DNA of 54,292 nt from Candidatus Rokuibacteriota bacterium (GTDB lineage: Bacteria; JAUVQV01; DATDCY01), in contig JANOHV010000074.1 in the NCBI GenBank assembly GCA_031406795.1, positions 1 to 54,292 on the forward strand. The letters run 5' to 3'. A model generated the notes under the pieces. That model was not told where the DNA came from, ran no database searches, and saw only the letters and a program-made list of their open reading frames with translations. Made by a program: the position numbers and the translations under genes. Below, in pieces: positions 20,270-28,319 of the stretch (position 1 is the first letter of the stretch; each line of letters starts with the position of its first letter).

Positions 20270-22684
20270 GTGACGCTGCGCGTTGCGCTGATCGGCGGCG
20301 CCCACCCCGCGGAACTCGTGGAACTGTTCCGCGGCGCGGGCGCCGATCTCCTCGTGCAGAGTGCGACGCCGTCCGAACCGGATCCGTCCGTTTCGCTGGT
20401 GCTGCTGGATCTGGCCTTGCTGGGCGGCGACTTGCGGGCGACTCTCGATCGGGTGCGTGGGGTCTTCCCTTCGGCGCTCCTGTGCCTGCTCGCGAGATAC
20501 TCTCACCGCCCGCCCGAGCCCCGCTACATCGGCTGGGGGCTCTGGGATGCGCTGTACTTGCCCGCGCAGCCCGAGGAGGTGCGCGATCTGCTCGGCCGCG
20601 CGGAGGAGTTCCTCGCCCGCCGCGCGCGCGCCGACCAGCCGAAGAAGGTTCTGGTCGTCGACGAGGAGTCGATCCGCGAGGTCTGCGCGGCTCTGCTCGA
20701 TGAGCTGGGGTATCGTGTCGAGACGGCGGTCGACGCCCTGGAGGCGATCGGCAGGATCGGTCAGGGCGGCTTCGACCTCGTCGTGACCGACCTGCAGATG
20801 CCCGGCATGGACGGGGTCGCGCTGCTCGGCAGGATCCGCGCGGCGCACCCGCAGCTTCCGGTGGTGATCTCCACCGGCCACGCGACCGTTGAAACGGCCA
20901 TCGCGGCGCTGCGCACCGGCGCCACCGACTTCATCCGCAAGCCCTTTTCCGGCGAGGACTTCCGCCAGGTCATCGAACGCGCGCTGCGGTTCGGCGAGCT
21001 CACCCGCGCCAATGTCGAGCTCGAGGGGATGATGCGCCTGGAGAAGACCCGTCTGCGGTGCCGCCAGTACGAGCTGCTGGTTCTCTCGCGGGCCATCGCC
21101 GAGCTGTCGCGCGCCGTCCAGCCGGGGCAGGTCGCCGAGTGCTGGTTGCGTGCCGCCGGCCAGGTCCTGGAGTTTGCGTGCGCCGGTTTTTTTCTGGCGG
21201 GTCCTGATCCGGAACTGGTGCTTCTCGAGGGGCGCGGGTTCTCGTGCGACCCGGCGGATCTGGCCGCGCGGCTGAATCGGCAGGCGCCGGGGCTCCTCTC
21301 CGCGGAGGCGCTCGAGCGGCCGCGCGTACGGCGGCTCGAAAGCGGGGGGGGCGGCAGTGCTGCGCCGGGGGCGGCGGCCCTGGCACGGGTGCACGTGCTC
21401 GGCCCGGCGGCCCGACCCTGCGCCGGGGTAGTCATGCTGCACGCGCCGGGGGAAGACCTCACCGCGGAGCAGGAGTCTTTTCTGCACAGTCTCACCGTGC
21501 CGGCGGCACAGGTGCTCGAAAAACTGCGGGCGCTGGCCGGGGAGGCGCGGCTGCGGGAGACGGCGATGGTGGCCGGGATGCACCAGGGCGTCATTCTCGC
21601 CGATCTCGCGGGACGAATCCTGGTGATGAACGCGGCGGTGCGGGAGTTGCTCGGCCTGGCGCCGGGGGACGAGGTCCACAGTCTCTCCCGGCTCAGCGCT
21701 GCGCTGGCGATCCCCCTCGAGGAGGCCTTCGCCGGGTTGTTGAGCGCCGGCGCCGACACTTTTTCGCGGGAGTTCCGGCTCCCCCCCCCGCGCGAACTGA
21801 TCGTGACCCTCGACCTGACGCTGATCCACGGCGACGCGGGCGAGCCGATCGCCGTGGTCGGTCTGCTGCGGGACATCACCGAGATTCGCGAAGCCGAGCG
21901 CATGAAGAGCGAATTCGTGGCCATCGTCTCGCACGAGCTGCGCACGCCGCTGACCACCATCAAGAACTGCAACAGCCTGCTGCTCAGCGGCAGCACCGGC
22001 GCGATCACACCGCCTCAGGAGCGCTTCCTGCGCATGGCCCAGGTCAGCATCGACCGCCTGACCCGCCTGGTGGGCGACCTGCTCGACGTGGCGAAGATCG
22101 AGTCGGGGCGCTTGCCCCTGGAGTGCGCGGCCGTCGATCTGGTCGAACTGCTGCGCGAGGTCGGGAACGAAACCGAGCACCTGCTGCTCGACCAGGGGCT
22201 GCGGCTGCAGTTCCACGGCCTGGACGCGCCGCTGGTCATCTTCGCCGACCGGGATCGGCTCAAACAGGTGTTCATCAACCTGGTGCACAACGCCGCGAAG
22301 TTTTCCCCCCCCGGCGGGTCCATCGAGGTGAGGGCGCACGACGGCCCGTCGGGCGCGTGCCCGCCGGAAATACTCGCCCAGCTGAAATCGTCGCAGGGGC
22401 CGTTCGTCGAGGTGCAGGTGATCGACGAGGGAGTCGGCATTGCGGCGGAGGACCTCGGGCGGATCTTCGATCGCTTCCAGCAGGTCGAGCAGACCCTGCG
22501 CCGTGAGCACGGGGGGATCGGCCTGGGGCTGCCGATCTCCCGGGGGATCGTGCGCAGCCACGGCGGCGAGATCTGGGCCGGGCGGCGCGAGCCGTCGGGG
22601 AGCGTCTTTCACGTGCTGCTCCCGCAGGGCGGGCCCCGAACAAGCGCGGACGAGATGGTTGCCGAAAACGCCTCGGTGCGGTAA
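20270..22684 (+). CDS. Hybrid kinase: pseudo-REC, REC, GAF-like, PAS, HisKA-HATPase
   Basis: VTDLQMPGMDG receiver, [22 protein letters not shown] start after GGAGG. Confidence 0.87.
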   Translation: MTLRVALIGGAHPAELVELFRGAGADLLVQSATPSEPDPSVSLVLLDLALLGGDLRATLDRVRGVFPSALLCLLARYSHRPPEPRYIGWGLWDALYLPAQPEEVRDLLGRAEEFLARRARADQPKKVLVVDEESIREVCAALLDELGYRVETAVDALEAIGRIGQGGFDLVVTDLQMPGMDGVALLGRIRAAHPQLPVVISTGHATVETAIAALRTGATDFIRKPFSGEDFRQVIERALRFGELTRANVELEGMMRLEKTRLRCRQYELLVLSRAIAELSRAVQPGQVAECWLRAAGQVLEFACAGFFLAGPDPELVLLEGRGFSCDPADLAARLNRQAPGLLSAEALERPRVRRLESGGGGSAAPGAAALARVHVLGPAARPCAGVVMLHAPGEDLTAEQESFLHSLTVPAAQVLEKLRALAGEARLRETAMVAGMHQGVILADLAGRILVMNAAVRELLGLAPGDEVHSLSRLSAALAIPLEEAFAGLLSAGADTFSREFRLPPPRELIVTLDLTLIHGDAGEPIAVVGLLRDITEIREAERMKSEFVAIVSHELRTPLTTIKNCNSLLLSGSTGAITPPQERFLRMAQVSIDRLTRLVGDLLDVAKIESGRLPLECAAVDLVELLREVGNETEHLLLDQGLRLQFHGLDAPLVIFADRDRLKQVFINLVHNAAKFSPPGGSIEVRAHDGPSGACPPEILAQLKSSQGPFVEVQVIDEGVGIAAEDLGRIFDRFQQVEQTLRREHGGIGLGLPISRGIVRSHGGEIWAGRREPSGSVFHVLLPQGGPRTSADEMVAENASVR

Positions 22685-22696
22685 GGATAGACGCAC

Positions 22697-23116
22697 ATGG
22701 CCGAACCAGCGCGCGGCGTCAGCGTCCTGATCGTCGACGACGAACCCTTCATCGTCGAGACGGTGCGTTTCGCCCTCGAACAGGCCGGGTATCCCTGCCT
22801 CGTGGCCTTCGACGGCGAGGAGGCGATGCGGGTGGTCCGCGCGGAGAACCCGGGGCTGATCCTGCTCGACATCATGCTCCCCAAGCTCAATGGTTTTCAG
22901 ATCTGCCGGCTGCTGAAGTCCGACGAGCGCTACCGCCGCATCCCGATCGTCATGCTCACCGCCCGCGCCCAGGAGCGCGACCGGCTGCTCGGCAAGGGGA
23001 CCGGTGCCGACGACTACCTGACCAAGCCCTTCGAGTTTACCGAACTGCTCCGGGTGATTTCCTGCCATCTGCCGCCGCCGGTCGCCGCTCCCGCGGCGCA
23101 GGAAGGCCAAGAATGA
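22697..23116 (+). CDS. Single-domain response regulator
   Basis: VLIVDDEP, LLDIMLP, LTKPF. Confidence 0.92.
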   Translation: MAEPARGVSVLIVDDEPFIVETVRFALEQAGYPCLVAFDGEEAMRVVRAENPGLILLDIMLPKLNGFQICRLLKSDERYRRIPIVMLTARAQERDRLLGKGTGADDYLTKPFEFTELLRVISCHLPPPVAAPAAQEGQE

Positions 23117-24693
23117 GCGAAACGCCGCTCAGGCTGCTGCTGGTCGAGGACAGCGAGGACGACGCCGCCCTGCTGCTGCGCGTGCTGCGGCGGGACGGCT
23201 ACGCGGTGACGTTCCGCCGCGTCGAGACAGCCGAGGCGCTGTTCGCGGCGCTGGCCGATGAGACGTGGGATCTGGTGATCTCCGACTACTCCCTGCCGCA
23301 GTTCTCGGGCCCACGGGCCCTGGCGCTGTTCAAGGAGCGCGGCCTGGACATCCCGTTCATCGTCGTCTCGGGAGCGGTTGGCGAGGAGGCGGCGGTAGCG
23401 CTGATGAAAAGCGGCGCCAACGACTTCGTCACCAAGGGCAACCTCGAGCGGCTTCCGCCGGTGGTGCGCCGCGAACTGGCCGACGCCGAAATGCGCGGCC
23501 GGGAGCGGCGGGCGGCGGCCGAGAAACAGCAACTGCAGGCCCAGTTGCTGCAGGCCCAGAAGATGGAAGCGATCGGCGTGCTCACCGCCGGGGTCGCGCA
23601 CGATTTCAACAATATCCTCGGGGCGATCCAGATCTACGCCGATCTGGCGCAGATGAAGAGCTGCAAGGGCCTCGCCATCGAAAACGAGCTGAATCAGATC
23701 ATGAAATCGATCGAACGCGCCGCCGGCCTGGCCCGGCAGCTGCTGCTCTTCTCGCGCAAGCAGCCGCTGGAAATGGTGCCGCTGGACCTGGGGCACACGG
23801 TCGAGGAACTGCTCAAGATGCTGCGGCGCATCATCGGCGAGCGCATCGAGGTGCGCACCGAGATCGACGCCGGCTGCCGGCGCGTGCTCGGCGACAGCGG
23901 CGGGATCGAGCAGGTGATCATGAATCTCGCGATCAACGCGCGCGATGCGATGCCGGAGTCCGGGGCGCTGACCATCGGCCTGGGCAACGTCGAGATCGTC
24001 GAAGGCTGCTGTCTGGGCATTCTCGGCGCGCGCCCCGGCACCTTCGTACGCCTGTTCGTCCAGGATACCGGCTGCGGCATGGACCCGGGGACGATCGAGA
24101 GGATCTTCGAGCCGTTCTTCACCACCAAGGTTGCCGGCAAGGGGACCGGCCTCGGGCTCTCGGTGGTCTATGGGATCGTCCAGCAGCACCGGGGGTGGAT
24201 CACGGTTTGCAGTACGCCCGGGGCGGGGACCCGCTTCGAGGTCTTCTTCCCCCCGGCCGGGGAGGCGAGCGCCGCAGCGGGCGAAGCGGTCTGCTCGTCG
24301 ATCGAACTCGCGGGGCGGGGCGAGCGCATCCTGCTCGTCGAGGACGAGGAGAGCTACCGGGCGGTGGCAGCCGAGGCACTGCGCGCGAACGGCTATCTTG
24401 TCGAGACTGCCGCCGGCACGCTGGAGGCCGAGCGGGTGGTAAGGGACGCCCCGGTTTCGTTCGACCTGCTCTTCTCCGACGTCGCGCTCGGCGACGGGAA
24501 CGGTTTCGATCTGGCGTGCCGGATCCGCGCCCTCGCTCCCGGGACCCGAGTGCTGCTGACCAGCGGCTACACCGACGAGGCGTCGCAGCTCGGGCGAATT
24601 CGCGCTGCAGGTCTCCCGTTCATCGCCAAACCCTACGCGCTTTCGGCGCTGCTGCTCGCCATCCGCGAGCTGTTGCGCCGGCCGCCCACCTGA
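23113..24693 (+). CDS. Hybrid REC-HisKA-HATPase-REC kinase (CckA/NtrB class)
   Basis: AHDFNNIL H-box, NARDAM, FFTTK, GTGLGL, N- and C-terminal receivers; ATGA overlap. Confidence 0.92.
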   Translation: MSETPLRLLLVEDSEDDAALLLRVLRRDGYAVTFRRVETAEALFAALADETWDLVISDYSLPQFSGPRALALFKERGLDIPFIVVSGAVGEEAAVALMKSGANDFVTKGNLERLPPVVRRELADAEMRGRERRAAAEKQQLQAQLLQAQKMEAIGVLTAGVAHDFNNILGAIQIYADLAQMKSCKGLAIENELNQIMKSIERAAGLARQLLLFSRKQPLEMVPLDLGHTVEELLKMLRRIIGERIEVRTEIDAGCRRVLGDSGGIEQVIMNLAINARDAMPESGALTIGLGNVEIVEGCCLGILGARPGTFVRLFVQDTGCGMDPGTIERIFEPFFTTKVAGKGTGLGLSVVYGIVQQHRGWITVCSTPGAGTRFEVFFPPAGEASAAAGEAVCSSIELAGRGERILLVEDEESYRAVAAEALRANGYLVETAAGTLEAERVVRDAPVSFDLLFSDVALGDGNGFDLACRIRALAPGTRVLLTSGYTDEASQLGRIRAAGLPFIAKPYALSALLLAIRELLRRPPT

Positions 24694-24719
24694 GCGCGGC
24701 CACCCGTCTGCCCATGACT

Positions 24720-25321
24720 TGACGGCATGCTCGACGACATCAGGTCAGATCTCGACCAGGCGCGCGCGAGCGCCGCGCGCGTCAGCTCACGGTCATCGGG
24801 GCTGTCGTCCACCAACAGCACGGTCGGCGCGGGTGCTTGTCCTGGCTGTAGCGCATCGCGAGCAGTTCGGCGTTCGCGATAATGGCGGTCAACAGGTTGT
24901 TGAAATCGTGGGCGATCCCGCCGGCGAGCCGTCCGAGCGACTCGAGCTTCTGCGACATGTTCAGCTGGGCCTCGAGCTGCTTGCGCTCGGTGATGTCGAT
25001 CATCAGGTGCATGGCGCCGGCAAGCACCTGCTCTTCGTCGAAGAGCGGGTCCACCGAGACTGAATACCAGCGCACGCCGGCCTTGATCTCCGAGGTCTCA
25101 CGGTGCAGCGAGCGGCGCATCCGGCGCATCCGGCGCATCGGGCACTCTTCGGGTTCCGAGAGCTCGCAGTGCACCACGGAGCAGGGGGCTTGTCCGACAG
25201 CGGCTTCGGAAGTCCGTCCGAGCAGCAGTTCGCCGGCCTGGTTGCTGCGCACGAGCGTCTTCTCGCAATCGAGCAGGAAGAGCGGGTGGGAGATCGCGTC
25301 GAAGGTCGCCTGCCACTGCCG
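24720..25321 (-). pseudogene. Fragmented PAS-HisKA hybrid kinase plus receiver fragment
   Basis: QWQATFDAI...PAS...[11 protein letters not shown] with no HATPase; joins out of frame to a [13 protein letters not shown] receiver start; no clear 5' start. Confidence 0.8.
25113..25139 (+). repeat. 9-bp tandem repeat (cggcgcatc)x3
   Basis: Exact triplication encoding MRRMRRMRR on the minus strand. Confidence 0.9.
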
Positions 25322-25392
25322 GCCTTGTCGGCCGCAGTATACCCTCTGGGGTGGCGCCGCTCCGGTAGAGGTTCGCCGGCACTCCGTCTTAG

Positions 25393-25576
25393 CACTACAG
25401 CGGATCTTTCTTGGCTATTCTGACCCGTTGTTTTTCGTAGGGGAGCGGGTTCATCCCCTCCCGCCTGTGTGCGGCGAATCTTCAAAGCTCGGGCGGGATT
25501 CAATCCCGCCCCTACGGCACAGATTTCCTCTTCATGCATATTATCAACAGGATGTCCGAAATGATCCGCTGTAGTG
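25393..25576. mobile_element. MITE (184 bp) with perfect 14-bp TIRs and TTAG target-site duplication
   Basis: TTAG|CACTACAGCGGATC ... GATCCGCTGTAGTG|TTAG; interior visibly AT-richer; no transposase. Confidence 0.85.
25437..25515. repeat. Inverted pair of GTAG-type REP sequences (REPIN-like)
   Basis: GTAGGGGAGCGGGTTCATCCCCTCCC on + and GTAGGGGCGGGATTGAATCCCGCCC on -; each is GTAG followed by a hairpin. Confidence 0.8.
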
Positions 25577-25722
25577 TTAGTGTCGTCGCCGGGAGAGCGG
25601 CCCGCTGCACGACCCCGCGCGGCCATCTTCCGCCGTGGACAGCCAGACCCGCTGCGGGCGACGCCGTGAGAGCCCGAAAAATCCCGGAAGCGGGGTATAC
25701 TCAATGCGGAGGTTGGGCCGTC

Positions 25723-26838
25723 ATGACGGAGATTCCGGCGGTGCGCGGCAGCGAAGGGGGCCCCGGCGCGTCCGTACGCATCCTGATCGTCGAGGATTGC
25801 GCGCCGGACGCCGAGCTGGCCGCGCGTGAAATCCGTCGCGAGGGCTTGCGGATCGAGACGCGGGTCGTCGATACCCCCGAGGCGTTCGTCGCGGCGCTGC
25901 TGGAGTTCAGGCCGGATCTTGTCCTCTCCGATTATCGCCTGCCGCACTTCGACGGCATGGCCGCGCTGCGCCTGGCGCAGGAGCATGCCCCGGACACGCC
26001 GGTGCTGATCAGCACCGGTTCGACCAACGAGGAGATCGCGGTCGCCTGCATGAAGGCCGGGGCCTGGGACTACATCCTCAAGGAAAATCTCACGCGGCTC
26101 GGCCTGGCCGTGCGCGCGGCGCTGGAGCGAAAGCTGGATCTCGCCGAGAAGGCGCGGGCCGAGCGTTCGCTGGCCCAGAGCGGGCGGCGTTACCGCAAGC
26201 TCGCGGCGCATCTGCAGCAGGTCCGCGAGCGGGAGCGGAGCGTGATCGCGCGCGAGATCCACGACGAACTCGGCCAGTTGCTCACCGCGCTCAAGATCGA
26301 CCTGTCGCTGCTGCGGCCGGGCGCCGGGGAGTTCGAGGAGCGCCGGCGCGAGATGTCCGCCTTGATCGACCAGACGATCGGCACCGTGCAGCGCATCACC
26401 GCCGAGTTGCGGCCGGGTGTGCTCGACGACCTGGGGCTCGAAGCGGCGGCGGAGTGGCAGGTGAAGTCCTTCAGGGCGCGCACCGGCATCGCCTGCACGT
26501 TCAGCTCCGAGGGGCACCCGGGGGCGCTCGACCATGACCGGCAGACCGCGATGTTCCGCATCCTGCAGGAGTCGCTCACCAACGTCGCACGCCATGCCTC
26601 CGCCGCGCACGTCACGGTGGCGCTCCATCAGGATGAGCAGGGCGCGAGCTTGTTCATGCGCGACGATGGGCAGGGTCTGCCGGCCGCCGAGCTCGAGAAC
26701 CCCCGCTCCTACGGGCTGATCGGCATGCAGGAGCGCGCGTTGGAATTCGGGGGACGGGTCGAGTTCCACTCCGCCCCGGGCGGCGGCACCGTCGTGCAGG
26801 CGCGCATCCTGAAGGCAGGACGGAGAAAGACGCGATGA
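25723..26838 (+). CDS. REC-HisKA_3 sensor kinase (UhpB/NarX class)
   Basis: REC (LSDYRLP), IAREIHDELGQ, QESLTNVARH, DDGQG, GLIGMQER. Confidence 0.92.
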   Translation: MTEIPAVRGSEGGPGASVRILIVEDCAPDAELAAREIRREGLRIETRVVDTPEAFVAALLEFRPDLVLSDYRLPHFDGMAALRLAQEHAPDTPVLISTGSTNEEIAVACMKAGAWDYILKENLTRLGLAVRAALERKLDLAEKARAERSLAQSGRRYRKLAAHLQQVRERERSVIAREIHDELGQLLTALKIDLSLLRPGAGEFEERRREMSALIDQTIGTVQRITAELRPGVLDDLGLEAAAEWQVKSFRARTGIACTFSSEGHPGALDHDRQTAMFRILQESLTNVARHASAAHVTVALHQDEQGASLFMRDDGQGLPAAELENPRSYGLIGMQERALEFGGRVEFHSAPGGGTVVQARILKAGRRKTR

Positions 26839-27467
26839 TCCGGGTGCTGATCGCCGACGACCACGCCGTGGTGCGTCGGGGCGTGCGTCTGGTGCTCGAG
26901 AGCACCTCGCGCATCGCGGTGGTCGCCGAGGCCGCCACGGGGTCCGAGGCGCTCGAGAAGGCGCGCAAGGAGCGGATCGACGTCGCGGTCCTCGATCTCT
27001 CGATGCCGGGGCCGGGCGGGCTCGAGGTGCTCAAGCAGATGAAGGACGAGCACCCGCGCCTGCCGGTGCTGATCCTGACGATGCACCCCGAGGACCAGTA
27101 CGCGGTGCGGGCCTTTCGCGCCGGCGCCGCCGGCTATCTGACCAAGCAGAGCATTCCCGAGGAGCTGATCAAGGCCGTCGAAACCGTGGCCGCCGGCCGC
27201 AGGTACATCACCCCGTCGGTCGCCGAAGCCCTGGCGAGCGAGGTGCGCCACGACACGACGAAGCTCCCCCACGAGCAGCTCTCGGACCGCGAGTACCAGG
27301 TCCTGCTGCGGATCGCGGCTGGCAGGGCCGTCGGCGAGATTGCCGAAGAGCTGCGGCTCAGCCCGAAGACCGTGAGCACCTACCGTGCCCGCATCCTCGA
27401 GAAGCTGGAGCTCAGGAGCAGCGCCGAATTGACGCACTACGCGTTCCAGCACAAGCTCGTGGAGTAG
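26835..27467 (+). CDS. NarL/LuxR family DNA-binding response regulator
   Basis: IADDHAVVR, LDLSMP, LSDREYQV...LSPKTVSTYR HTH; ATGA overlap. Confidence 0.95.
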   Translation: MIRVLIADDHAVVRRGVRLVLESTSRIAVVAEAATGSEALEKARKERIDVAVLDLSMPGPGGLEVLKQMKDEHPRLPVLILTMHPEDQYAVRAFRAGAAGYLTKQSIPEELIKAVETVAAGRRYITPSVAEALASEVRHDTTKLPHEQLSDREYQVLLRIAAGRAVGEIAEELRLSPKTVSTYRARILEKLELRSSAELTHYAFQHKLVE

Positions 27468-27704
27468 AAGCAGACCCCTCCGCCCCAACCGTCTTGACCC
27501 CGATTTGTAGTCCTGCGACCGACAGGGTGACGCCGGTGCGTCTGACACCGCAACGTCCGGTAATCGAAGGGCTTTCAGCGCGTGGTGCCTACCCGACAAT
27601 CAGTCGTTCGCCGATGTCTGGAGACCCGCGCCGGCGCGATCTTTACCTCAGGGAGCAGGAAGGCCGGAAGGGCCGGTCGGAAAAGCCCCCGGGGGAGCAC
27701 GGCG

Positions 27705-28142
27705 ATGAGAACAACGGCGAAGGCGAAGGCGGCCGGCGGGATCATGATCCTCCTGGGGGCGATGCTGATCGCCGGGTGCAGTGGCGGGCCGACGAGTCCC
27801 GATTCGCCTGCGGACCGGACGACTGCAGGAATCCGGGTGATCGGCGCGGGTTCGGAGCTGCATTCCGCGATCGACCAGAGATGGGCCGAAGTGGAAAGCT
27901 GCTGGGGCGTCGCGATGAGCGGCGAGAGGCAGACGGTGACCGTGCAGCAGCCGGAGCTGTACGACAAGGCGGGGCAGGGAGTGATCCGTGTCAACGGGCA
28001 GCTGGTGTACGGGCTGCGGATCGGCGACAAGGTCTGGGTGGCATCGGATCTTGCGGCGCTGCGGCACGAGTTCTCGCACGTCGTCGGCGAGCGGGCGACC
28101 GGCCGTCCGGTCGAGAACGGCGGGGGCCGCTGCTGGTTGTGA
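27705..28142 (+). CDS. Hypothetical lipoprotein with HExxH motif
   Basis: Signal peptide with IAGC lipobox; LRHEFSHVV; GGGGGAG RBS. Confidence 0.7.
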   Translation: MRTTAKAKAAGGIMILLGAMLIAGCSGGPTSPDSPADRTTAGIRVIGAGSELHSAIDQRWAEVESCWGVAMSGERQTVTVQQPELYDKAGQGVIRVNGQLVYGLRIGDKVWVASDLAALRHEFSHVVGERATGRPVENGGGRCWL

Positions 28143-28319
28143 CGGTCGGGCCGCGGTCAAGCGACGCTTGCAGCGAGCAGCACGGCCCAGTGTGAGCCAC
28201 AAGTCACGAAAAACAGGACCAGTCAACGAGCCTGCCCGAACTGAACCACGCGTTACGCGCGGATTTGGGCAGGCGGGTGAGGGCTTGAGACGCGGCGGGG
28301 TCAGGTCTACACTTGACTC

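Noticed and set aside
28192-28208. CRP-like site gtga...tcac
   Set aside because: Spacer is 8 nt, not the canonical 6
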